A DNA stretch of 32,000 nucleotides from Vibrio alginolyticus NBRC 15630 = ATCC 17749 (GTDB lineage Bacteria; Pseudomonadota; Gammaproteobacteria; Enterobacterales; Vibrionaceae): contig NC_022349.1 of the NCBI RefSeq assembly GCF_000354175.2, forward strand, positions 840,001 through 872,000, read 5' to 3'. Made by a program: the position numbers and the translations under genes. This document shows positions 1-7,812 of the stretch, one piece after another. Numbering within the stretch: the stretch's first letter is position 1; each line of letters opens with the position of its first letter. The notes beneath the pieces were generated by a model, which saw nothing but the letters and a program-made list of their open reading frames with translations, was not told where the DNA came from and did not search any database.

Positions 1-1269
1 ATCCCAATCTTCTCCTAACAGTTTTTTAAACGCCCCGTTAGCAATAGACTCGGTTTTACTTGGTGCATCCTCTGGGCTTAGCTTCAAGATAGAGTCTACG
101 TCAGGAACCAAGTGCTCACTTGGTTCTGAACCCAACATCTTTTTCAGTGTTAATCGAGCGGCTTCCATCTCTTGTGCCTCTTTAGGCGCTTGAGGAGAAG
201 TCATTTCAGTATTCTCCTTAGGACCAAGGTACGCCATTAATGCGCGGACAGAAGCCGGATCTTGCATACTAAAGGTAAAGTCTCCTTTGGCATTAGAAAC
301 TTCAAGCCTTGGTAAAACACCAGACATCTCACCTTGCATGAGTTGTTCTTTGACTTCTGTATTTAGTCCGTATGCTCCAGCTTGGTTCGCAACAAAACCA
401 CCACCACTCATGATAGCAGTCGTTGCCGCAGAACCGATTGCCTCTTTTGCTATCGGTGTGACGCCCACCGTTGCTACAGAGCTAACACCGAACGTGCCCA
501 GGCTCCCCGTCGCCATACCTAATGTAGCTCCAATGCCACCTTCAGCCGACAGTATCGCATGACCTTGAGCCAAGGTTTGCTGCATCGGCATAGAAAGACG
601 TTGATCTCGCCCTGGCAGCTGTGAAATTTGTTCTAACTGATGATGGTAAGCCTCAGCATCACCATTTACGGCCGCTTTGTGCAGCTCTCGACCTGTAGAA
701 ATCAATAAGCCAACGCCAGGTAATGCCAAGTTAATAACGGCGTTAACACCAGAACCTTTTAGCTTTTCTTTGCCCATCTGCAGCAGTTCAGCAGCAAAGC
801 CATCCATTTTTCCCGGATACTGGGCTTCTAAGCTCACCTGCATACGCGGATCTTTGCTGATCGCATCAAACGTATTTTTAAGCTGCTGGTACGTATCGCT
901 GCTCACTTTTATTTCATCCAATAGGCTGACAACTTCTAAGATTTTACGCTCAGTAAGTGGCTCACCGCGATAGCCTGAAGGACTCACTAGGGAGTAAGCC
1001 AACAGCGCAACCTCAGGTTTTTCTTGCTTAAGTAGCGCTTGTTTTAAATCAAGGTGAGTTTTGATGTTTTCTTGGAAAAACTTAGTGTATTTGCTTCTCA
1101 ATACGCCTTCGTGAATAGAAGCAAACTTGTGACCTTTGTGGAATGTGGAAGGTTCTTTTACTTCACCTCTTTTACTGATCACTCGGTCATCTTTTTGCGC
1201 AGCAACTGCACGAAACTGCTCTAGATCAGGTACTGGGCTTTGGCTGATTTTTTGTGTTGTATTAACCAT
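1..1269 (-). CDS. vopQ: T3SS1 effector VopQ/VepA (VP1680-like), first 423 codons; the 3' end lies beyond the left edge of the window
   Basis: Absent from the ORF track because no stop falls inside the window. I read all 423 codons in the frame fixed by ATG 1269-1267 and found no stop. AGGAG sits 6 nt upstream of the ATG and overlaps the TAG of the preceding chaperone gene. N-terminus MVNTTQKISQSPVPDLEQF, with a Gly/Ala/Ser-rich central part. Identity rests on its position directly after a CesT/ExsC-like chaperone in a Vibrio T3SS1 effector block, and on memory of that locus. Confidence 0.7.
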   Translation of the reverse strand, partial: MVNTTQKISQSPVPDLEQFRAVAAQKDDRVISKRGEVKEPSTFHKGHKFASIHEGVLRSKYTKFFQENIKTHLDLKQALLKQEKPEVALLAYSLVSPSGYRGEPLTERKILEVVSLLDEIKVSSDTYQQLKNTFDAISKDPRMQVSLEAQYPGKMDGFAAELLQMGKEKLKGSGVNAVINLALPGVGLLISTGRELHKAAVNGDAEAYHHQLEQISQLPGRDQRLSMPMQQTLAQGHAILSAEGGIGATLGMATGSLGTFGVSSVATVGVTPIAKEAIGSAATTAIMSGGGFVANQAGAYGLNTEVKEQLMQGEMSGVLPRLEVSNAKGDFTFSMQDPASVRALMAYLGPKENTEMTSPQAPKEAQEMEAARLTLKKMLGSEPSEHLVPDVDSILKLSPEDAPSKTESIANGAFKKLLGEDWD

Positions 1270-1278
1270 TTTTCTCTC

Positions 1279-1737
1279 CTACACACGAAGTGATTGAACA
1301 TGAGCTTGTTCATGATTAGAGGTGGTTGGAATCGCTTGATCCAACATTGCGAAACGCGCTTGCCACAGCTCGGCCTGTTCAATAACTTCGTGAAACCAAG
1401 CGGTAAGGTTCGTCGTATTTAGATGCTCAACGGGTTTACGTCCTGCTAAGACAAGCTGTCGACCGTTTGGAGCCAAAGCAAGTGCGAGGTTGCCACTACC
1501 AATTCCTTGATAGTTCGCATGAGCAAGAAGCTCTAAACCTTTTAGTCGTTGTTCACCGGATTTTTCTAACCCTCCGAACGTTACAGACAACATCAAATCA
1601 TCCGTATCTGTCGCGATGAAATACAACATGTAGCGATCATCGACCAGTAGCTGACAACGTTCATTTTCTTCAAAATTCAGTTCGGGCAACTCATTGAGTT
1701 GGCAAAACTCCAAGAGCAGTTGTTGAATCGTGTTCAT
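1279..1737 (-). CDS. vecA: Class I (CesT/ExsC-like) T3SS chaperone, VecA/VP1682-like, presumed chaperone of VopQ
   Basis: The track ORF 1279-1758 starts at a TTG. The ATG at 1737 (MNTIQQLLLEF...) is preceded by AAGGA and aligns with the N-termini of ExsC and the vopS chaperone. About 150 aa and acidic. It is immediately upstream of vopQ, and its stop overlaps the vopQ SD. Confidence 0.7.
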   Translation of the reverse strand: MNTIQQLLLEFCQLNELPELNFEENERCQLLVDDRYMLYFIATDTDDLMLSVTFGGLEKSGEQRLKGLELLAHANYQGIGSGNLALALAPNGRQLVLAGRKPVEHLNTTNLTAWFHEVIEQAELWQARFAMLDQAIPTTSNHEQAHVQSLRV

Positions 1738-1881
1738 AACTTTTTCCTTTTGTTTCAATAACTCTATTGAACAACGATTGCAGATTGAACGATGTCGGTA
1801 ATGGCTTTATTTTTGTCACTTTTTCGCCTTCATTGTGAGGTTTTCCGCAGAAATCTCGCTCTAAAATCGAGTTGCCAGAGT

Positions 1882-1912
1882 AATAAAAAAGAGCAGCTCA
1901 GAGCTGCTCTTT
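1882..1912 (-). terminator. Rho-independent terminator after vopR
   Basis: 9-bp stem AGAGCAGCT (1890-1898) / AGCTGCTCT (1902-1910) with a 3-nt loop, followed on the minus strand by a U-run (A-run 1885-1889 on plus). Confidence 0.75.
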
Positions 1913-1967
1913 CAATAAAGGTTAGATGCTTAGCATGGTGTATTTGCTCACTTCTTTTGCAGAGTGA

Positions 1968-2945
1968 CTAACCCAGTTTATGGCTATCAAAAATGACTTC
2001 TGTTGGCGGGAACATATTCGAAACAGGTGGTCGTTGTGCATCTCCAAACATTGGTGCACCGAATGCAGATGTCGCCCAAGGGTCAACAATTTTCACATCC
2101 TTACTCCACGTTGATGGATCTTTTATGTCGCTCCCCTCTTGTCGACCAACCAGTACATAAAGGTGTGTACCTGAATGACCCTTTTTAAACGCAACCACTT
2201 CTACTTTGGGTTCACTTTCAGGTGTTCCTGACATGCCTTGAATCATCTCAGCGGCGGCAGCAAAGGCAAATGTAGTACAGCAGCCGGCTTTCGCGGTTTG
2301 TACTGCCTTAGCAATGTTCTGTAGAGTGCTTAATTGCGGTGCGGTTCCTCTTTGTGCTGCAGCTTGAACTCCGTTTGCGGACATCGTCGCTCTGTGATCT
2401 TGCATGATTCGCGCTTGATCCGCGTGAAGCTCTTTTAGTCGTGGCTTTCCTTTTGTTTCATAAAACTGTGACCCCTTAACACCGAACGTATTTAAGTCCG
2501 TACAGGCAAAATCACCAAGCTTTTGAAGGTTGGCTTTATGTTCGTTGATAAGCGCGACACTCGATGAGGCTTTATTGGTTTTGGAAGAAGAGGCTGCCGT
2601 TTGTGCAGTGGGCCAATTTGAGCTAGGACCAGACGACAATCTCTCAAGATTTTTCAGGCTCCCAAGCGTTAACTTGTTTTCACCGTTCAACACATTTTTC
2701 AGCATCAGCTTCGCAACATCTTTAGGAATACCCTGCTTAGTAAGCAGGTTCACTACAATATCTTTCGCTTTATTCTGGTGGCTAATACGCGCGCTGATAC
2801 TTTTATTTTTTGGTGCGCCCTCTTTAACAAAAATATCTTTACCGTTGTGTGCTCGAACCTCTTTGTCGTCAGCTTGATTTTGTGTCGCCAAATGTGACGT
2901 TAACTGACTCAACGAGTGCATTTGCGATGTATTAATATTGACCAT
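1968..2945 (-). CDS. vopR: T3SS1 effector VopR (VP1683-like), 325 aa
   Basis: Position between two effector/chaperone pairs, directly after its own small acidic chaperone gene. Basic, Lys-rich N-terminal ~100 aa, consistent with the reported phosphoinositide-binding targeting region of VopR. The C-terminal half carries Cys-Cys, His and Asp-Pro motifs (see findings). Confidence 0.75.
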   Translation of the reverse strand: MVNINTSQMHSLSQLTSHLATQNQADDKEVRAHNGKDIFVKEGAPKNKSISARISHQNKAKDIVVNLLTKQGIPKDVAKLMLKNVLNGENKLTLGSLKNLERLSSGPSSNWPTAQTAASSSKTNKASSSVALINEHKANLQKLGDFACTDLNTFGVKGSQFYETKGKPRLKELHADQARIMQDHRATMSANGVQAAAQRGTAPQLSTLQNIAKAVQTAKAGCCTTFAFAAAAEMIQGMSGTPESEPKVEVVAFKKGHSGTHLYVLVGRQEGSDIKDPSTWSKDVKIVDPWATSAFGAPMFGDAQRPPVSNMFPPTEVIFDSHKLG

Positions 2946-2955
2946 GTGTGATGCC

Positions 2956-3402
2956 TTAAACTTGAATAAATGCGTGTACGTCTGTTTGGCTAAAATCTAC
3001 AACCGTGTTGTTTTGAAATAACTGTCCCCAAGTATCAACTAATTCGTTCAACTGAATGATTAAGTTAGCAATGTTGGTGAGTTCACTTCCAGCCGCGATA
3101 GCAACTTGAAGAACAACGTCTTTGCGTGTTGGATTCACACAAAACTGCACACCACCTGTTTCTCGATACAAGAAGTTGTATTCAAGTAAAACTTGAAGTT
3201 TATCTAGCGTAATATCATCTTGTTCTATAAGCAGGTTTTTGGAAATCAATAACTCGCCTTTTTCCTCTACGAGCAGAACATCGACACTGTTGTTTTCAGC
3301 AAAATGCAGTGACCACATTTGATTGTCATACGCTGTCACGCGCTCAAGGTTCAGCACTTCTCCTAGCTCAGAGAGAAGCATATTAATCTTTCCTGTATCC
3401 AT
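2956..3402 (-). CDS. Class I T3SS chaperone (VP1684-like), presumed chaperone of VopR
   Basis: 148 aa, acidic, ATG start, ends 10 nt before vopR. Size, charge and position are typical of a dedicated effector chaperone. C-terminus ...AFIQV. Confidence 0.65.
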   Translation of the reverse strand: MDTGKINMLLSELGEVLNLERVTAYDNQMWSLHFAENNSVDVLLVEEKGELLISKNLLIEQDDITLDKLQVLLEYNFLYRETGGVQFCVNPTRKDVVLQVAIAAGSELTNIANLIIQLNELVDTWGQLFQNNTVVDFSQTDVHAFIQV

Positions 3403-3604
3403 GTTGTGTCCTGTCTAATTTATTATAACTAAGTGACATCGATATATTTATTGCAGCGAAGCCACTTGGGTATAACGGCTCATTTAAATAAGCGAATAAG
3501 GATAAAAGAGATTTTATGGCGAGATAGAAACCGACACTTTATTTCAACGTCTCATTTTTATTGCTATTAGCCGTTTTATTGAGAAGAAAAATTAAGGTTA
3601 AGCT

Positions 3605-3633
3605 GGAAAATAAAAGAGCGGCAATCGCCGCTC
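3605..3633 (-). terminator. Rho-independent terminator after vopS
   Basis: Stem GAGCGGC (3616-3622) / GCCGCTC (3627-3633), loop AATC. The minus-strand RNA continues UUUUAUUUUCC. Confidence 0.75.
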
Positions 3634-3657
3634 CAAAAATTAAATAGAAGTAAAAAA

Positions 3658-4821
3658 TCACTTAATACCGTGAAGGCTATTTTCTGCATCCATAGCTAAA
3701 GGATTGAACGAGTCGTTACGAAGTTCTGCTATCGCGTATAGCATGCGACCCATGCGACCATTTCCATCGGTAAAGCCATGGTACCCGATAACTCCGGCGA
3801 ACAAATGCTTACCTAAGTCTTTATCTTCTACAGGGTTCTCTTTCAAAAAGCCTTCAATGTGCTGCTTTAACATGCCCTCACCGCCAATACTTGAAGGCAA
3901 AGTGCCACCCGAAATATTTGGCCCTCGGTAATCACGCTCAACATTAGGCACCAATCGAGCGTGTAGCTCTTTTAGGTTTTCCATATTCAATAAATCTTTA
4001 CCATTAGACGCGTATTCTTTCAGTAAAGACGTAATATTTTCGGCATCGTTTCCTTTAGAGTTAGAAGCATTAATGATCCACGCCGCAGCTCTTTCAACAT
4101 TATTGGTTACGCCACTTTTGTTAAACGCGTCCTCTGCCAGTCCTTCAGCGTATACACCTTGGCTTAGATCGGTGCTTGCTAGACCTTCGATATGACGTTG
4201 CGCCGATTTAAGATGCATCACCTCCATATCAAACACCGCTTGCATTTGATTAATGCTACCTGCCGGGTTTTTCTGCGCTGCAGATACACCACCGCCGTAG
4301 TCTTTTACTACACGTCCAGCAAGCAACTTCGCTGCACTTTCGCCAATCAGTGATGTGAGGTTTTTACCAGAATCGGTTTCTAACATTGCCTCTGTCATCG
4401 CTCGCTCAGCTAACTGGTTTAGCTCAGCAGAGTTCGACTGAACTGATTTACTGTCTAACTTCGCAAAGGCATTTAAGACATCTGATGCGGTTTTTATGCT
4501 TCCATCTTTGAAGAACATTTGTCCATGCTCAACAGAAGAAGCAGCTTGTAAACGCTGAGCTTGTCCTTGCTCATTATCAAATACGGCTTTTGTAAGGGCT
4601 TTCGCTACCGATTGTGGGCTACCTTCGCGAAACAGTTTTCCTGTCGCTTCAAAAAATCGCGCTACCGCACCATTCGTAGGATTGGCGCGAGTAAATTCTT
4701 GGGTCGCTGCGTTGATTTGGTATTCTTTGCCACCAATACTCAGCTTACCTTCGTTAAGTATCTCGTTACGAGCTTGCGGCATGGCGACCTGCAACGCGCT
4801 AACACTTCCAAAACTGATCAT
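3658..4821 (-). CDS. vopS: T3SS1 effector VopS, Fic-domain AMP-transferase targeting Rho GTPases, 387 aa
   Basis: Canonical Fic motif HGFTDGNGRMGR is encoded at 3745-3780. The His is residue 348 by my codon count, matching the known catalytic His348 of VopS. N-terminus MISFGSVSALQVAMPQ. Confidence 0.95.
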   Translation of the reverse strand: MISFGSVSALQVAMPQARNEILNEGKLSIGGKEYQINAATQEFTRANPTNGAVARFFEATGKLFREGSPQSVAKALTKAVFDNEQGQAQRLQAASSVEHGQMFFKDGSIKTASDVLNAFAKLDSKSVQSNSAELNQLAERAMTEAMLETDSGKNLTSLIGESAAKLLAGRVVKDYGGGVSAAQKNPAGSINQMQAVFDMEVMHLKSAQRHIEGLASTDLSQGVYAEGLAEDAFNKSGVTNNVERAAAWIINASNSKGNDAENITSLLKEYASNGKDLLNMENLKELHARLVPNVERDYRGPNISGGTLPSSIGGEGMLKQHIEGFLKENPVEDKDLGKHLFAGVIGYHGFTDGNGRMGRMLYAIAELRNDSFNPLAMDAENSLHGIK

Positions 4822-4824
4822 GCT

Positions 4825-5256
4825 TTAAACCCTTAATGTGGAAAAATGAGTGGTATTCGTTTCCGGTACTTCGATTGTTTTATTGGTTACTTCTTGTGTA
4901 TTCGCACTTTTTAACCACTCGATGAAATTCGCAAATGACTCATCGAAAAAAGATGCAGTTAGCAGTTGCTGAGGCAGGTGTATGAAACCGATATATCCGG
5001 TCTCTTCCTCCCAGCATACCGCTGGAGAGCCTTGCGTTAAGGCACCTTTCATATGTTGATGCAAAATATCAGCACTCGGTTCATCACCTGAAATCAGCCC
5101 GATAAGCGTCACACGATCTTCTTGTGCACGAATTGTGATTGCTGTGTTTTGCTCAACGAGTAGATGGCAACAATCATCTTCATCAAAAACCAACGGCTCC
5201 AATTGGCAGCGGCTGGCAAAATCTGTCAGTAAAGAAGTTATAAATCCATTAGCCAT
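4825..5256 (-). CDS. Class I (CesT/ExsC-like) T3SS chaperone (VP1687-like), presumed chaperone of VopS
   Basis: The track ORF 4825-5307 starts at a GTG that lies in the loop of a strong hairpin (5290-5323). From the ATG at 5256 (MANGFITSLLTDFASRCQLEPLVFDEDD) it aligns with the vecA and exsC N-termini. It ends 3 nt before vopS. The start is uncertain because the SD is weak. Confidence 0.7.
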   Translation of the reverse strand: MANGFITSLLTDFASRCQLEPLVFDEDDCCHLLVEQNTAITIRAQEDRVTLIGLISGDEPSADILHQHMKGALTQGSPAVCWEEETGYIGFIHLPQQLLTASFFDESFANFIEWLKSANTQEVTNKTIEVPETNTTHFSTLRV

Positions 5257-5403
5257 TCGACTAAATAATCCTATTTTTGTTTTAGAGGCGCTGCTTGGTT
5301 GCAACACTTATCAACTAAGCAGCTTTCTTAGGTGTATTCTTAAGGATTTATGGCAGTGAATATTTTAGAAATGGTCGGATTTTTTTTGTTTAAAGGCATT
5401 AAA

Positions 5404-5436
5404 ATGAAAAAACTCAGCAAGTGCTGAGTTTTTGAG
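5404..5436 (-). terminator. Rho-independent terminator ending the exsD-vscB..L operon
   Basis: Stem AACTCAGC (5411-5418) / GCTGAGTT (5423-5430), loop AAGT, flanked by A- and T-runs. It starts 3 nt after the vscL stop. Confidence 0.8.
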
Positions 5437-5438
5437 GT

Positions 5439-6077
5439 TTATTCATGAATCGTAATTTTACGCTCGCTGAGCTGCTTCACCATGGCTTGCTTTAATGCAT
5501 GCAGCTGTCCATCAATACTGGCGTCGATGATCCCAACTTCTGTTTCCAAAATGCAGCCTCCATTTTTCAAGCGCGCATCTGCTACCACGTCAACGTAACC
5601 GACTTCAGGGAAATCACTTAATACACCAGCCACCTTTTCTCTCACCTCAACAACCTGCTCTGGGTGGACATGTAAAATGACCTGCTTTTGGTTACTCACC
5701 AGTTGCAACGCTTCTCGAACTACACTCACCGTGGTATCGACATCATCGAAGGTATCGATGATCTTACGTACTGCTTCTAACACCACACCTGTCATTTTTT
5801 CTTCGACTTGCTGATAGTAGTCATTACAACGTGCTAAGGTTTCAACCATCGTTTGCGCATTTTCAATCTTGGCTTGTGCAAGGCCATCTTGATAACCACG
5901 TTGTTTTTCGGTTTCGTAGGCTTGTTGGGCATTAGCAATGATGCTTTCAGCTTTGGAGTTCGCGGCTTCAACTAAGTGTTGCGAATCCAGATAACTGGCA
6001 TAATCTTTCGCTTTCAGCACCTTTAAGCCAGGTGCTAGCTGCAAATTGTCTGTTTTTATTTCAACAAATGAAACCAT
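5439..6077 (-). CDS. vscL: T3SS stator / ATPase regulator SctL (YscL/PscL family)
   Basis: 212 aa. FliH/YscL-like N-terminal coiled-coil (AESIIANAQQAYETEKQRGYQDGLAQAK). Last gene of the J-K-L order. Overlaps vscK by 22 nt. Confidence 0.85.
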   Translation of the reverse strand: MVSFVEIKTDNLQLAPGLKVLKAKDYASYLDSQHLVEAANSKAESIIANAQQAYETEKQRGYQDGLAQAKIENAQTMVETLARCNDYYQQVEEKMTGVVLEAVRKIIDTFDDVDTTVSVVREALQLVSNQKQVILHVHPEQVVEVREKVAGVLSDFPEVGYVDVVADARLKNGGCILETEVGIIDASIDGQLHALKQAMVKQLSERKITIHE

Positions 6078-6721
6078 TGAGGAATAACCTGTTTTGCGAT
6101 TTTTTTTGTGAGTCGATACGCCAGATCTCGTTGATCCGCTTCCAACCAGTTAGCTGTTTCCGCGTTTTCGCTAAGTTGCTTTTCCAATTTGAATTGCCAA
6201 CGAAGAACAACATCTTCCGGTGAGTTAATCAAAATAAACCTCATCCAAAAATATCCCAGCTCCCTCATTCTTGCTTCAACAGACCTTTCATCCAGTAGTT
6301 CTGGTAACGAACGCTGCCAGCCTTGCGGCCAGCTGGATAACAGCATCGGCCCGTTTTGAATTAAGAACCGAGCGCCTTCCAATCCAAAGACGTTGTTCAG
6401 AACCTGTTTCGGATGTTTTAAAACAACGCCTCGCATTGCCACACAATGTAAAGCTCCGCCCACCATCAATACGAGTTGGTTCAACGCATCCGCTGGGAGC
6501 AACGCCAAACTATGACAAGGTCTGTTAAAAGCCGTCTCAGGAACTGGAGATAACGCCCACTCATTGATACACCATTGGTTGAACATGGGGTTATCTCTCC
6601 AGCCTTCGATATTTAGTAACCAAGGCTGCTTTTGCTCTATCCAACTTCTATGGATGTACTGGCAAGGCGCATAGTTAAACTGGTGTTGTACCTGCGCGAG
6701 TGGTGTTTCTGGTTTAACCAC
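6056..6721 (-). CDS. vscK: T3SS sorting-platform protein SctK (YscK family)
   Basis: 221 aa, located between sctJ and sctL as in Ysc/Psc clusters. GTG start overlapping the vscJ stop (GTGGTTAA). Assigned mainly by synteny and size. Confidence 0.7.
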   Translation of the reverse strand: MVKPETPLAQVQHQFNYAPCQYIHRSWIEQKQPWLLNIEGWRDNPMFNQWCINEWALSPVPETAFNRPCHSLALLPADALNQLVLMVGGALHCVAMRGVVLKHPKQVLNNVFGLEGARFLIQNGPMLLSSWPQGWQRSLPELLDERSVEARMRELGYFWMRFILINSPEDVVLRWQFKLEKQLSENAETANWLEADQRDLAYRLTKKIAKQVIPQWFHLLK

Positions 6722-7457
6722 GCTTCGTGTTCCTACGACACCATGTAAAAGTAGCGATATTCGAGCCGATGAGTGCCGCTACCAAGAACACCAAAATGGC
6801 GATAAGATTATTCGCCGTCTCTTTGGTGACCTGAACCGACAAAATGCTTTTAAATTGATTGTTTTGAGTAGCAACTCGAACCTCTGATGAGGGTACCATC
6901 ACTACGCTGATTCGATCGTAGTTCAACCCCTCAATACTGTTGTTCACTAATAATTTGATCTGCGGGACATATGAATCAAGCGCAATATCTGCCGCGTGTT
7001 TAATAAATACGGAGGCAGAAGCTGGAGTTGGGCGCTCTCCTGGACGCAGATCTTGATCTTCCAAAACAACATGAACACGTGCCACCAGCACGCCATCAAT
7101 CTGAGATAAGGTTGACGAGAGCTCTTGAGATTTCGCGTACACCAAACGTGCTCGCTCTGCTAATGGTGACGAGATCAAATCGTCTTTAGGAAACACCTCT
7201 TTCAGTGTAGAAAACTGCTCTCTTGGATAACCTTTTCGCTTTAGCGCATCTACCGCAAAGGCGATTTGAGAACTGTCTACCATTAACTTGACGGTGTTGT
7301 CTTTGTCAGGTTCTTTTGTTGCAACGACACCTTCGGATAGTAAGATCGACAACATCTCATTACCCTCTTTCTGAGTAACGTTGGTGTATAACTCGGTCTG
7401 ACAACCTACCAGAAACAACGTGAGCATGATGAAAACTGCTCTCATTTTATTCATCAT
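6714..7457 (-). CDS. vscJ: T3SS inner-membrane ring lipoprotein SctJ (YscJ/PscJ family)
   Basis: Lipobox LFLVGC, then ELYTNVTQKEGNEMLSILLSEGV, which matches the YscJ signature (LY..L...EANEML), plus a C-terminal TM helix. The track start at 7460 is GTG; ATGs occur at 7457, 7454 and 7445. Confidence 0.9.
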   Translation of the reverse strand: MMNKMRAVFIMLTLFLVGCQTELYTNVTQKEGNEMLSILLSEGVVATKEPDKDNTVKLMVDSSQIAFAVDALKRKGYPREQFSTLKEVFPKDDLISSPLAERARLVYAKSQELSSTLSQIDGVLVARVHVVLEDQDLRPGERPTPASASVFIKHAADIALDSYVPQIKLLVNNSIEGLNYDRISVVMVPSSEVRVATQNNQFKSILSVQVTKETANNLIAILVFLVAALIGSNIATFTWCRRNTKRG

Positions 7458-7459
7458 CA

Positions 7460-7804
7460 CTATTGTGCCTTCAATAAGGTTTCTACGTTTTGTGTGGTTT
7501 TACCCACGGTTTTCGCGATCAGCTCTTCTTGAAAAGTAATGCGTGTCAGCGCCCACTGCATTTGCAGTAATTGCGCCGGATCATCACCCACCATCTTCAT
7601 GTTGTCTTGCAGGTTACTTTTCGCGTTATCGATAGTGTTTTTCAACTCGCTGATGTTCTCTAGCAAACCGCCCTCCAGGCCATTACTTGCCTCGGGAACC
7701 GACATGGCTTGCTCAAAACGTTCGCTTAAACCGTCTTCGACTTGCGCATCCTGTAACTTATCAATGTTGGTTTGCATCACCTCGGTGTACTGCGTATTTA
7801 TCAT
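7460..7804 (-). CDS. vscI: T3SS inner rod protein SctI (YscI family)
   Basis: 114 aa, located between the yscH-like and yscJ genes, with the C-terminal helical motif LLQMQWALTRITFQEELIAKTVGK typical of inner-rod proteins. Confidence 0.7.
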   Translation of the reverse strand: MINTQYTEVMQTNIDKLQDAQVEDGLSERFEQAMSVPEASNGLEGGLLENISELKNTIDNAKSNLQDNMKMVGDDPAQLLQMQWALTRITFQEELIAKTVGKTTQNVETLLKAQ

Positions 7805-7812
7805 ATGTACTC

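Noticed and set aside
287-973. Plus-strand track ORFs 287-562 and 677-973
   Set aside because: They lie antisense within the uninterrupted 423-codon vopQ frame. They have no SD and low-complexity Pro/Ala/Ser-rich translations typical of shadow ORFs.
2003-2877. Plus-strand track ORFs 2003-2188 and 2530-2877. The same reasoning applies to 3704-3931, 4561-4836, 5135-5359, 6032-6528, 7539-8140 and 8663-8924.
   Set aside because: All lie antisense to well-supported T3SS genes with recognisable products. None has a convincing ribosome-binding site or a recognisable motif.
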